Shown: positions 8,698 to 21,760, counted from the stretch's first letter. The stretch is 64,000 nucleotides of DNA from Neocallimastix sp. 'constans' (GCA_050613775.1 JBODTK010000107.1:1-64000); one strand, 5' to 3'. A program made the numbers and translations. Notes: generated by a model from the letters alone, not told the origin.

Positions 8698-11600
8698 ATG
8701 AATGATAATAACAGCGAAAAGGAAGAAAATAATTCCAAGAAAGTACATAAAAGTTTAAAAGATAATCCACGTCCTTTCGCAACTCCTGCTTTAAGAAAGA
8801 AGAAAGAAAATGAGCTACATAATAAACCAAATAAAGTTTATAAAAATCAAATACTTCCTTCAATTTTAACTCAACCAAATATTAACAAAGAAAAACAAAA
8901 AGAAAAGGAATTAAGAAAAATAACAAGAGTAAGAGAAAGTAAAGAAGAAAACAACAATTATTCATCAAAAGGAAAGGAAAAAGTTGAATCTGAAGATATA
9001 CTCGTAATCGATAATGAAATAGAAGATCTAGAAATGAATAAAGATAATCAACAAAATAAAACTAATACTTTGGAAAAATTAATTTCAACAAAAACTAAAG
9101 AAACTAATAATGGAAATACTCAGTTAGTAAAAAGGAATATTAAAATGATGAATAATAAAGAACCTTACAATATTATGGATGATTTAAATAATCTTAAATC
9201 CAGTATTACGATAGGTCAACTCTTGAATGCATGTCCGAAAATTCGTTCACAATTAACTCAAGGTTTAAAGTTAGAAAAATCTAAAATAATTGGAACTGTA
9301 GACAATGTAATAGCACGAACTTTATTAGTAAATAACTATGATCATAGCTACATAAGTAAAAGTAATGAAGTAGCCGAAGAAGACTTAGCAATGGTTGATG
9401 CAAGTGTTGACGGAGTACTAGGAAAACTTTTAATTGATTCTTGTAGTAACCTAAGCATCGTTACTAAGCAGTATTTTGATAAATTACCTGGTGAATATGA
9501 AACAGTTGGAAAAAGTCGTGGAAGAATCCAACTAGCAACACAAGATGAAGAATACTCGGAAGGAATTATTGTTCAATTACCAGTAAAAATTAATAATTAT
9601 GAATTTAATGCGGACTTTAGAATTATTGAGAAAGAAGACTCATTTTATGATATGTTAATAAACTTTAAAACTCAAATCGATCATTGTTTATTTATTCATC
9701 CGACCTTAAACAGTTTATGTAAACTTTTGTCAGAAAGTGAATACGAAGAAATAGCTAAAATAAATAATCAATATTATGATGAAGAAAGTATAATTTGCAC
9801 TATTAGAAAAGTTAAAGAAACGAATAATGAAAAGGAAATTATAAAGGAATTAACTCCAATGGAATTTATTGAGAGTGATGAATTTTTAAGTACCTTAAAT
9901 AAAGATTATAAAGAACAAATTATTAAAATTCTCAAAGAAATGATTGACATAGTTGCCACTTCAACAGAAGAACTAACTCCTTCTAAACTTTCACCACATA
10001 AGATCCGTTTGAAAGCAAATGCAAAGCCAGTAAAATTAAGAAGTTATAGGTTAACTAAATTAAAATCAGATATCTTAAAAGAAGAACTTACAAAGCTTAT
10101 TAAGAAAGGATTGATAGAACCATCCTGTTCAGAATGGTCATCTCCAGTAGTACTCATTCTAAAACACAATGGAAAGTGGCGCTTGTGTATTGACTACCGA
10201 AAAGTCAATGATATGACAGAAAAAGATTCTTATTCAGTTCCATATATAGATGAAATTTTTGATAGTCTCGGAGGATCTAAAATATTTACAACTCTTGATT
10301 TATTTTCTGGTTTTCACCAAATCTTAATGGATGAAGAAAGCGTTGAAGTAACCACTTTCACTACTAAGTTTGGAAATTATCAATTTAAGGTTATGCCTTT
10401 TGGACTTACTGGAGCTCCCTCAACCTTCCAAAGAGAAATGAATAAAATTTTATTCCCTTTTATTGGTGAATTTGTTTATGTATTTATTGATGATGTTTTG
10501 ATCTATTCAAAAAGTATCGAAGAACATTTAATTCATATTAAACAAGTATTAGAAGTATTTAAAGAAAACAAGTTAAAAATTAATATTGAAAAGTGCCATT
10601 TTCTTCAAACTGAAGTTGATGTATTAGGTCACAAACTTACTACTAAAGGATTAAGTCCCATGGAAAGTAAAATAACAGCTATTAAGAAGTGGGAAGCCCC
10701 TTCATCAATTCATGAATTAAGATCATTTCTAGGAGCAATAGGGTATTATCGTGACTTTATCCCTAAATATGCTCAAATTACCTCACCTTTATGTAAATTA
10801 TTGAAAAAGAATACTAAATATGAATGGAATAAAGAACAACAAGAAAGCTTTGAACTCCTAAAAGAAAAATTAATCAATGCACCTATTCTAAAATTTCCGT
10901 CATTTGACAAACCTTTTATCATTAGAACTGATGCTTCGTATAATGGAATTGGTGGAGTTCTTTTACAAAAAGAAGAAGAAACCGGTAAGGAGCATCCAAT
11001 ACACTTTATAAGTAGAAGTTTGAAGAAAACTGAAAAGAATTATGGTATCACAGATTTGGAAGGAACAGCTTTATTTTACTGTATGACTAAATTTAAATCT
11101 TATATTGAAGGAAATCCATTACCTACAACTATTTACACAGATCATAAACCATTAGTTGGTTTATTTAAGAATAAAGAACCTTTGAATGCAAGGCAAACAA
11201 GATGGTGTCTAACCGCTAGTATGCTTGGAATTAATATAAAATATGAATCAGGCAAAAAGAATGTGTTAGCTGATGCTCTTTCAAGAATGAAAAGTAAGGA
11301 AGAGAGAAAGATATTATTAACAAAAATTACTAATGGAAATAATGAAGAATTATTATCTAAGGTTATAAAGGAATTTATTAATGAAAAGTTTACTGTTATT
11401 GATGGTGAAGATTACTTTATCGACAATGGAAATTATAGAAAATTAATAACGGACGAAAATGAAAGGTTTAAATTAATTTTAGAAGCTCATAATATTGGCC
11501 ACGAAGGATATTACAAAACATATCAAAGACTTAAGAAAAACTTTTATTGGAATCATATGATTAAAGATATCAAAAGAATTGTTAGTAATTGTGAAAAATG

Positions 11601-12513
11601 CCAATTAAATCGTCCTCAACCATATCCAGAACCAACCGAAAACCATCCAACTAAAGTGGAGGGTCCCTTTGTGCATTTAGGATTAGATATTATAGGACCG
11701 TTACCAAAAACAAGAAATAATAATCAATATATTATAGTAACTGTTGATTACTTTACCAAATGGGTTGAAGCCGAACCCACTGAAAACATAACTTCCTCTG
11801 ATATAATTAAATTTTTAATAAACGTTTTTGCAAGACATGGTGTACCTCAAGTTATTACTACTGATAATGGAGTCCAATTCACTTCTGATATGACTAAAAT
11901 CTTTCTTGATCTTTATGATGTATATGTTAAATTTGTAGCTACTTACCACCCTGAATCAAATGGCCTTACTGAAAATCGAAATAAAGAAATTGGAAAATTA
12001 CTCCGTTTATTAGGAAGGAAAAATCAAGATTGGGATGAAGTTTTACCTTCTGCTTTATGGGCACTTCGAACTACCAAAAATACAGCTACTGGACATTCTA
12101 GTTTTGAATTAGTATATGGAAGAGAAGACCAACAGCCTTATGATATAGCCATAAGAACAATTGAAAATGCAGGTAAATCATATGATGAAATCTTAATGGA
12201 AAAATTTGTTCGTCATTATCAATGGACTAGAGAAGCATGCGAAAATGTGAAGAATGCTAACAAGTATTGGGCAACAAGACGAGAAGAACAAATAAGTATG
12301 AAAAAAGGAAAAGAATTAAAGGCTGGTGATCTTGTTCTTGTTAGAAACTTTAGCCGCACTAAGCTAGAACCATATTACAATGGACCATTTAAAATTTTAA
12401 AAATTCAATTCAACACGGCAACCCTAATCGATCAGAAGACTGGAAAGCAACTCGATAGGAATGTTCACTTTAAAAATTTAGTAAAGTTTAACTCCGCTTA
12501 CAGAGAAGCTTGA
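8698..12513 (+). CDS. pol: Pol polyprotein (element A2); frame open from 8503, likely expressed as Gag-Pol
   Basis: Same domains as A1, with 5 amino-acid differences. Confidence 0.97.
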   Translation: MNDNNSEKEENNSKKVHKSLKDNPRPFATPALRKKKENELHNKPNKVYKNQILPSILTQPNINKEKQKEKELRKITRVRESKEENNNYSSKGKEKVESEDILVIDNEIEDLEMNKDNQQNKTNTLEKLISTKTKETNNGNTQLVKRNIKMMNNKEPYNIMDDLNNLKSSITIGQLLNACPKIRSQLTQGLKLEKSKIIGTVDNVIARTLLVNNYDHSYISKSNEVAEEDLAMVDASVDGVLGKLLIDSCSNLSIVTKQYFDKLPGEYETVGKSRGRIQLATQDEEYSEGIIVQLPVKINNYEFNADFRIIEKEDSFYDMLINFKTQIDHCLFIHPTLNSLCKLLSESEYEEIAKINNQYYDEESIICTIRKVKETNNEKEIIKELTPMEFIESDEFLSTLNKDYKEQIIKILKEMIDIVATSTEELTPSKLSPHKIRLKANAKPVKLRSYRLTKLKSDILKEELTKLIKKGLIEPSCSEWSSPVVLILKHNGKWRLCIDYRKVNDMTEKDSYSVPYIDEIFDSLGGSKIFTTLDLFSGFHQILMDEESVEVTTFTTKFGNYQFKVMPFGLTGAPSTFQREMNKILFPFIGEFVYVFIDDVLIYSKSIEEHLIHIKQVLEVFKENKLKINIEKCHFLQTEVDVLGHKLTTKGLSPMESKITAIKKWEAPSSIHELRSFLGAIGYYRDFIPKYAQITSPLCKLLKKNTKYEWNKEQQESFELLKEKLINAPILKFPSFDKPFIIRTDASYNGIGGVLLQKEEETGKEHPIHFISRSLKKTEKNYGITDLEGTALFYCMTKFKSYIEGNPLPTTIYTDHKPLVGLFKNKEPLNARQTRWCLTASMLGINIKYESGKKNVLADALSRMKSKEERKILLTKITNGNNEELLSKVIKEFINEKFTVIDGEDYFIDNGNYRKLITDENERFKLILEAHNIGHEGYYKTYQRLKKNFYWNHMIKDIKRIVSNCEKCQLNRPQPYPEPTENHPTKVEGPFVHLGLDIIGPLPKTRNNNQYIIVTVDYFTKWVEAEPTENITSSDIIKFLINVFARHGVPQVITTDNGVQFTSDMTKIFLDLYDVYVKFVATYHPESNGLTENRNKEIGKLLRLLGRKNQDWDEVLPSALWALRTTKNTATGHSSFELVYGREDQQPYDIAIRTIENAGKSYDEILMEKFVRHYQWTREACENVKNANKYWATRREEQISMKKGKELKAGDLVLVRNFSRTKLEPYYNGPFKILKIQFNTATLIDQKTGKQLDRNVHFKNLVKFNSAYREA

Positions 12514-12531
12514 GTCTTCGTCGGGGCATCT

Positions 12532-13027
12532 TGATAAGAATGTACTAAATAATGCATTCTTAATTAAATCTACGATTTATTTCTAATACATTATGTGTAC
12601 ATTATTATTTTTGTACTTTAATAAATTTTTAAATCCAAAGATCAAAAATTAAATCAAAAATTATATTAAACTTTATATTTTTATATTAAATCTTATATTA
12701 ATAGTAATATTTTTATATATTTAAAACTTATATTAGCAATATTAATAATAAATCTTATTTTTTTTATATTAATAATGAAAATTTATATTAATAATATTTT
12801 TATATATTGATAATTAAAAATTTATATATTATATTTTAACTTTTTATTATAAAATTTTATATCGAAATGTTTTATTTTATATTGAAAAATATTTTATTTT
12901 ATTAAAAACCTTTATATTAGAATAGTATTTTTATTTTTATTTGAATATTTTAACAGATTGTAATAAAAATTATAGCCAATTAAATAAATTCTTATTAGTA
13001 ATATTTTAGATATTTTTAAATAAATAA

Positions 13028-13087
<60 letters not shown>

Positions 13088-13385
13088 TTTTATTAATATT
13101 ATAAATGTATTTTATTTATATTGTTATAATTAAATTTTATATAATTAATTATAAAAATCAATTTAAATTTAATAGTTTTTAAAAAAAAAAATAAATAAAA
13201 TGTAATTTAGTGGCAAGAACAACTTTTATGCCTTGAAAAAAAGTATAAATAGTTGTAAATTTTGCTACTAATTTTTAAATATCATCAAATAAAATCAAAT
13301 AAATTTATAAATAAAAATAATAAATAAATAAATAAAATTTGTGTTTCCTTACTTTATTTTTATTTAATTCTCTAAAACCTTAACA
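12532..13385 (+). repeat. 3' LTR of A2
   Basis: Follows GGGGCATCT; direct repeat of the 5' LTR. Confidence 0.96.
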
Positions 13386-13391
13386 ATTTAA

Positions 13392-14006
13392 TGATGCATG
13401 TCCAGTAAAAATAATAGAAAATAATAGAAAAATTATTTAGAAAAATTATTAATATAAATATTTATTAAAAATTAATTTTATATAATGAATCTTAAAATAT
13501 ATTATTAATATATTATTAAAGATAATTTATTATTATTAATTATTAAAATATTAAATTAAATAATAATATTAAAAATATTAAAAGAATTGTTGATAATATA
13601 GTAAAATTAGTTATATTAATTATAACGGAGATTGAATGTTTAATTAAATTGATGTTAATATTAAAATAATTTTTAAATAATGTTAAACAAGATGAATTAA
13701 TAGTTATAAGTAAAAAGTTATGGATATTTATATTTATTAATTAATTTTAGTGTTTCGATAAATAAAATTTATAAAATTAGTAAAAAATATAATTATGAAA
13801 ATAATTTATAAATAAATATTTTCTTTTTTATTAAGGAATAATAATAAAACATGTATTTTTTTTATGATAAAATATAATAAATAAAATAATAAAAGATAAA
13901 TAAATAAAAAGTAAATATAATTATTGTAATATAATATTCTTGGAGTAATTCCCTTTTGCACAAACGCCCAACTAACATATACGGTATTTAATAAAATATC
14001 GTATCA
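13392..14006 (+). repeat. 5' LTR of B
   Basis: Direct repeat of 21950-22563 with about 3 substitutions and 1 indel by eye. Confidence 0.95.
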
Positions 14007-14010
14007 AAAA

Positions 14011-14027
14011 TGGTGGAGAATCCGGGC
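14011..14027 (+). promoter_or_regulatory. Primer-binding site, tRNA-Ala type (B)
   Basis: TGGTGGAGAATCCGGGC, 4 nt after the LTR. Confidence 0.83.
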
Positions 14028-14156
14028 GTGCAAACCAAGAATATTATGAAATTTATATTTATATTGATATTTACTTTTTAAAAAATAAAGACAATTAAAT
14101 AATTAATATTAAATTAAAATTAAATAATTAATTTTTTTATAATAGTAATATATAAA

Positions 14157-14216
<60 letters not shown>

Positions 14217-14509
14217 GCCTAAAATTATTATGATTATTATTAAATAATAATTAAAGGTAACTGGGAGTTCGAACCAGAATAAAAACGAATAAGTCTTTAA
14301 TTATTATTATTAGTATAGTTAATTTTTTTTTATTATCATCTTTATTAGTAATTAAAGACAACTGGGAATTCGGACCAGTATAAAAACGAATAAACCTTTA
14401 ATTAAGAAATGATATTATAATAAAAAGTAGTAATAGTTTAGTATAAAAATTAATATTAAATAATATTTTATTAATAGTATATGTGATAATATTTAGAAAA
14501 AAAAAAAAA

Positions 14510-14850
14510 TAATAGATAATATTTTAATAATAATAATAAATAATATTTTAGTAATGGTGAATTAAGTAATAATAATAAATGATAATAATAAATGATATTT
14601 TAGTAATAGTGAATTAAGTAATAATTAATAATAATAAATAATATTTTAGTAATAGTAATATTTTAGTAATAGTGTATAAAATAAGAATTAATAATAATAA
14701 TAATAATAATTAAATGATATTTTAGTAATAGTGAATTAAGTAATAATTAATAATAATAAATAATATTTTAGTAATAGTGAATTAATAATTAATAATAATA
14801 AATAATATTTTAATAATAGTAATATTTTAGTAATAGTATATAAAATAAGA

Positions 14851-14881
<31 letters not shown>

Positions 14882-14915
14882 GTAATAATAATAACAATAA
14901 TAATAACAATAATAA
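14510..14915 (+). repeat. Degenerate AT-rich tandem repeats in the B leader
   Basis: Recurring ATATTTTAGTAATAGTGAATTAA motifs interleaved with (AAT)n. Confidence 0.7.
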
Positions 14916-14983
14916 AAATAACATTATTATACTCGTAAAAGTATATAAGAATATAATTTCAAATTAAAATAATAATTAGATAA

Positions 14984-16288
14984 ATGGCGGACGCTTCGAA
15001 AATTAGAAGAGACTTACCATACTTAGCAAATTATGGTAAGGACATAGATTCTTGGATAGAAGATTTCAAAAATGTTATGGAAATTTACAACATCGAGGAA
15101 CCAAACAGAATTTTTATTTGGGTAAAGAACGCAGTAGAGGCTGACATAAAAAACCTTTTAAAATCTTTAAGTACTACAAGAAATAATGTTAAAAGGTTTC
15201 CCTCATATAAAGAAATCCAGAGAGCCATTGAAGATTATTTAGAAATTACTCAAAATGATAAGTGTTCAATTTTAAAGGCCTTAAAAATAAAAAGAAATGA
15301 AACAATTAAAGGATTTAATTATAATTATTTAACTCTTTATCATCGACTTGACTTGGAATATAAAAAATTAATATGTGTCGATGATTATTTAAATGCTATA
15401 CATGATAGGGTATATGTACATTCTCAAGTAATTTTGGCCAACTGTAAAACATTAACAGAAGCGTTCGAAGTAGCAGAACGTGCAGAAAAAGCTGAAGTAC
15501 GAACTATAACAAACAAAAATTCTCAGAATGTTATGGTATATCAAAACAACATAAATAAAAATAATAACAATTTATTAAATCATCCAATTTATAGGAGCTT
15601 AAGAGAACATGGAAATAATTTAGATAATTCATATCAAGCGTCATCATATGTTATGGGTTATATAAATGAAAACTCCACCAATAATAGAATGTTTACACCA
15701 GGTAGATATAGTAACAATAAAAATAAAAGTTTTAATAATAATAATAATTATTATCACGGAGTAGAACAAATTCAACAAAATAATACTTATGATACAAGAA
15801 GATTCTATAATAACTACGAACCAAAAGCTAGAAAATCAGTTATGTGTTACTCATGTAAACAAGTAGGACATAAAGCTTATGAATGTCCTAATAATAAAAA
15901 TAATGGTAGTAATAGAAATAATAATCTTTATAATATGAATAATAATGATATGGGTAATAATTATAATAATAATTTTGATTATAATAATAATAGTAATAAA
16001 TATAACAATTATTATAATAATAGTAATAAAAATGGCTACAATAATTCTTTTAATGGTAGTAATTATTACTTTAATAAAAATAATAAATTTACTGGAAATA
16101 ATATTGCTAATAGAAATAATAATAATTTTAATGAGAATAATATTCCCACTGGAAATAATAATTTTAATAGAAATTCTAATGGAATAAATCAGGATATTAA
16201 TACTACTAGTTCAAATATTAATAGTAATTTCAAAGCTAATGTAAATAATAATAATAATAATGGAGATAGCTTTAATAATTTAAACTAA
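14984..16288 (+). CDS. gag: Gag (element B), 434 aa, Asn-rich
   Basis: CYSCKQVGHKAYEC knuckle; homologous to gag C; TTTAAAC at 16279-16285 directly before the stop. Confidence 0.94.
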   Translation: MADASKIRRDLPYLANYGKDIDSWIEDFKNVMEIYNIEEPNRIFIWVKNAVEADIKNLLKSLSTTRNNVKRFPSYKEIQRAIEDYLEITQNDKCSILKALKIKRNETIKGFNYNYLTLYHRLDLEYKKLICVDDYLNAIHDRVYVHSQVILANCKTLTEAFEVAERAEKAEVRTITNKNSQNVMVYQNNINKNNNNLLNHPIYRSLREHGNNLDNSYQASSYVMGYINENSTNNRMFTPGRYSNNKNKSFNNNNNYYHGVEQIQQNNTYDTRRFYNNYEPKARKSVMCYSCKQVGHKAYECPNNKNNGSNRNNNLYNMNNNDMGNNYNNNFDYNNNSNKYNNYYNNSNKNGYNNSFNGSNYYFNKNNKFTGNNIANRNNNNFNENNIPTGNNNFNRNSNGINQDINTTSSNINSNFKANVNNNNNNGDSFNNLN

Positions 16289-16407
16289 ATAATGGGAGAA
16301 GGACAACTCCCGTTAACCAAACCAAACTTCAAACTTATAATAAAAATAATAGTATTAATGAAGAATATGTAAATTTAACATACTCTCCCAAGTTAAATAA
16401 TAATACT

Positions 16408-19400
16408 ATGAAAACAAAAAATAATTATAATAATACTAATGATAATAATTTACATAATAATAATAATAATAATAACTTACATAATAATAATAATAATAAT
16501 AATAATTCATATAATGCTAGTGCAACTTCAAATAATGATGTAATAAATAATGGATATCCTTATAATGATAATTCACATAATTATGATATAAACAATAATT
16601 ATTTAAATAAGAATAATAAAATAAATTATACAAACAGTTTATTTGATGATAATCATACTAGTATTGATAATATTTATTCCAATAATAATAATAATAATAA
16701 CTTAAATAATATAGAATATCTTAGTAAGAATACTAGTAACGGTTATAAATTAAATAATAGTAATCATAACAACATCTATGAAAATGACACTATTAATAAA
16801 CAAGTTAACAATGATGTTAATATAAATAATACTTATAAAAATAATAATGATGATCAAAGTAACAATGAAATTGATTTAAATAGAATTTCTATAAATGATA
16901 ATGAAAAGAAAATTAATAATGAACCTAATTCAAATAATATTTATAATAATTTTGATAATTACCATAATGAGGAAATTATCGCTGTTGCCCAAAAGAAAGG
17001 TAAAAATAATTCAATAAAAATCTCCCCATATACCAAAGAAATAAAGAAAAAGCTTATAGATAATCCAGTTCCAATTATTACAAATGCTATGAAGAAAAAT
17101 ACTATTATGAAAAGAAAATTAAACGTTAATAAATTAGCAACTACAGGAACACCTGATATGATAATAGATGAGGGAGGAACGAATGTCAAACTATCAACAG
17201 AAAAAGAAGAAGGTAAAGAATTTAAAGAAAATAAAGATCATAAAAATGTTACTTTCAATGAATCTATTGAAATTTTTGAGGATTCACAACCACCAACTAA
17301 TCAAACAATAACTAATAATAATACAAATAAATTAGAATATTTGGATCTTTCTTATATCAATCAACCAAATATTAGAAATGTAAAAAAAGCGAATAAATTG
17401 AATAAAATAAATGAAATACTGAGCAGTAACAAAGATGATATACCCATCAATGTTAAAAGTTATTCCAAGCCAGAGAAACACATAAAAATGATGGAAGATT
17501 TTAATGAATTTAAAATTAAGGACTTTATCAAGGAAGTAGCATCAACCGAAGTCATAACGAAGTTAGTATATTTGTTAGACCTGTTTCCAAAGTTCAGGTC
17601 AGAATTTACAAAAGCATTAAAATTAACCGAAGGAAAAGAGAAAATAAAGAAAAATTTGAATACATCTTTAATAAATGTAATGACAATTATAAGCCAACAT
17701 AAAGTGATTAAAGTTAAAGGCACTGTGGATAAGAAACCAGCTGAAATTTTCTTGGACTCGTGTGCTAGCGTTAATTTGATTACCACTACGGCTTTAAAAA
17801 AATTTAAAATTAATAAAAATCCTATTGGGAGAATATCCGAAAAAATTTTTCAGGTATATTCCAACAATTCAACTTGTTCAGATATTTATGAACTAAAAAT
17901 ATCTATTGGAAATTACACTTTTATCGATTACTTTAGGAAAATTGATAAGGATGATATCTTTGATATATTAATAGGTATTGACACACTTAAACGAAATAGA
18001 TTTGATATAAATTTAGTTAATGATACCTTATATCATATTGATGAAAATAATAATCCTATAGAATTAGCTTCTTTATTTTATGATGTTAGCTTGAGTCCTT
18101 CTGAAAGTACAAATAGAATTAATGACGAAGAAAATAATATGAATAAGGAGAATAATATAAATAATAATTCTTCTGAAGAGAATGATGAGGATTCTGAAAC
18201 TAGTTGGAGTGACAATGATAATAATAATGATAATAATAATATACTTTTTACATATGCTAAATCAGAGTTACCTAATATTAACATAAATAATTTTAATGTA
18301 AAATTACCTTTCTTTAATAGTGTCGACATCGATAAAGAAAATAATATCAAAATAAAAACGAATAATAATAAGAATGATGATAAAATTGACAATTATAAAA
18401 TAAATGATCATAAAATTAATTCTAAAGTTACAAACAATATAAATCCCATACTACATTCTAAACTTCCATCAAAAATCGATTCTGATCAAAACGGCAATAA
18501 CAAATTAAATAGTAATTATAAATTAGTAGATAGAAATATTGAAAGGAAAGAATATAAGAATAAAACGGTTGATATTACAACACAATTGATTCCATCTCTT
18601 TTATTAATAACTAATGAAGTACTACATAATGAAAACGAGGTTTGCACAGACGACACAATATCTAAACTGGAAATGATTCACTCTATTGTAAAAAAATTAC
18701 CAGAAAATTTGAAAGCTGATGTAGAAAAATTATTTTTAAATTATATTAGTGTTCTTGCACTGAAAACTGACGATTTGGGTTCGTCAAAGCTATATCCTCA
18801 TAGAATTGATTTAATACCAGGAACAACACCTATTAAACAGAGGGCCTACCGTATTTCAAAAGTGCAAGCTGATGCACTTAAAAAGGAATTAATTAAACTT
18901 ATAAATAATAACTTAATTGTCCCTTCTAGTTCTCCTTGGTCTTCTCCTGTAGTACTGGTACCGAAAAAGAATGGTCAAGTGAGAATGTGTGTTGACTACA
19001 GGAAGATTAATAATTGTACATTAAAGGACGCTTATGCACTTCCTTTAATAGATGATATACTTTACTATGTTAGCGGTGATATTTCTATTTTGTCTACTAT
19101 TGATCTCTTCTCAGGGTACCATCAGATTCCTATGCATTCTGATGATAAAGATATCACTTGCTTTACGACCATTTACGGAAACTTTAATTTTGAAGTTATG
19201 CCTTTTGGACTATGCAACGCTCCCGCTACTTTTCAAAGGGAGATGAACAGAATATTTTTTGATTTAATCGGAGTATGTGTTTTTATTTACATAGATGACT
19301 TAGTTATTTATTCTCCTTCATTAGATCAACACATCAAAGACCTAGAAAAAGTATTCCTCATTCTTGCTAATAATGGATTAAAAGTGAATTTTGAAAAATG

Positions 19401-21760
19401 TGATTTCTTTAAAGAAGAAGTTGAGCTCCTTGGTCATACTCTTTCTACTAAGGGTATAAAACCTATGAATTCTAAAATAAAAGTTATTGCTAATTGGTTA
19501 CCTCCTTCTAATTTAAAACAGTTACGTTCTTTCTTAGGGGCAATTGGATATTACCGGAAATTCATTAGCCATTTTGCCCAAATTGCTAAACCTTTATATG
19601 ATTTAACAAAAAAGAATGTTCCTTTTGTTTGGTCTACCGAATCTAATAATGCATTTGAATTTTTAAAAATTCGTCTTATTAATGCACCTATATTGTCACC
19701 TCCAAATTTTGATAAACCATTTATTGTTCGTTCAGATGCATCTAAATCAGGAATTGGCGGGGTACTACTTCAGTTAGACGATGACAACATTGAGAAGCCA
19801 TTATATTATGAAAGTAGGACACTTTCCAATTCTGAAATCAATTATAGCATTACAGAACTTGAGGGGCTTGCCGCATTTTACTGTGTCATGAAATTTAAAC
19901 CTTTTCTCACTGGTAATAGTTTTGAGACAATTCTTTATACCGATCATAAGCCTTTAGTTTACATATTTAAAAATAAAGAACCTTCTTCAGCAAGGCATGT
20001 CAAATGGATAACTGAGTTCAGTATTTTAAAAATTAAAGTGTTATATGAAGAGGGGAGGAGGAATGTAGTTGCTGATGCACTATCTAGATTACATTCTAAC
20101 AATGAAAAATATATAATCAAAAATATAAAAAATGATGATAAACATATAAAAAATAAAAATAAAAGAAATAATATAAAAAATTATAATAAAGATGTATTCA
20201 ACCAAGTTATAAATAATGAAATTCAAAATTGTGAAATTAAAAATAATGAAGAAATTAGAAATAAGAAAAATACTAAAATTAATAAAATAAAAGAGTTAGT
20301 GGATGAAATTAAGATCAATAGTAATAATGAAAATTACAAAATGGAATATGAGGAAATTAAAAATAATGTAAATAACATTAATAAGTTTAATAAGTTTAAT
20401 AATAAATTACATAATAATAATAGTGAAAATAATGGAGTGGAAAATAAATTGAATGTGAATTATATGGTATTTCAAACTGAAGAAAATAATAAACATAGTT
20501 TTAATAATAATGATAATAATAATAATAATATTAATCATGTTAATACTAATAATAATGATATTGATGATAGTACTGAAATACTAAATGATTTCTATAAAAA
20601 AATAATAAACCAGAAATTTGTATTAATTGATGGAGTTCAGTATTATAAAGATAATAATGAATTAAGAAAAGTAATATTTAATGATAATGAAAAATGGGAA
20701 CTTATTAGTAAAGCTCATTGTTTAGGACATGAAGGTAACTTTAAAACCTACCATCGTTTGAAAAGGAACTATTATTGGATAGGAATGAATAAGGATATCA
20801 GATTATTTATTAAATCTTGTCATGTATGTCAATTATGTAAACCACAACCACCGAATGTATTTACAGAAGATTTAGCTACACCCCCAGGTCTACCTTTTAC
20901 TCGGGTAGGATTGGATTTAGTTGGACCCTTATACGAATCTTTCAGAGGTAATAAATATATAATAGTACTTGTAGATTATTTAACAAAATGGGTGGAAGCT
21001 GAAGCATTAGCCAAAACAGAATCAGAAGATGTCATTAGATTTTTAAATAATATATTTTCAAGACACGGGATTCCAGAGATATTAATTACTGATAATGGCC
21101 CGCAATTCATATCTGATAAAACAAAAGCTTTCCTAGATTTAAATGATGTCTATGTACATTATATTAGTACTTATCATCCTGCTTCTAACGGAGAAGTTGA
21201 AAACAGGAATAGAGAAATAGTCAAATATATTAGAATTCTTAAAAGCCAATTTAAAGAATTAAGTAAACAAAATCAAGAATGGGATGATATTTTACCTAGT
21301 GCACTTTGGGCTTTAAGAACAACAAAAAATGAAGTTACTAAATTTAGTAGTTTCGAATTACTCTATGGTAGGAAAGACTTACAACCATTTGAATTAGCAA
21401 TTAATATTGACAAAAGATTTCCTGAAGAATCAGAAGAAGAATATTTTGTTCGAAAATTTATTAATCACCATAATTGGATTTCTGAAGCAATCAAAAATAT
21501 TGAAACTGCAAATGAATTATGGAAAGATAGGAGAAGACAGATTAAAAGATTAAGAAGTGAATTCAAACTAGGAGACCTAGTTTTAGTTAGAAATTTCAAT
21601 CGAAGGAAACTAGACCCTTATTATATCGGACCATTAAAAATAGTTAAACAGCAATTTAATACTGTCACAGTATGTGATCCTTATACGAACGAAATTGCAG
21701 AGAGAAACATTCATCTAAAAAATGTAATTCCATATATTAGTAATTTCCTAAATTATAATC

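Larger units (their letters stand above)
5364..13385 (+). mobile_element. Full-length, apparently intact Ty3/gypsy element, family A copy 2
   Basis: 5' LTR 5364-6218, PBS at 6225, gag, -1 frameshift, pol, PPT, 3' LTR 12532-13385. Confidence 0.98.

Noticed and set aside
12300..12513. Chromodomain or env gene after integrase
   Set aside because: Integrases end shortly after the GPF/GPL motif and no further ORF precedes the PPT.
1..13385. A1/A2 as an assembly duplication or shared-LTR tandem
   Set aside because: There are two complete LTRs separated by ACTG, plus several substitutions between the copies.
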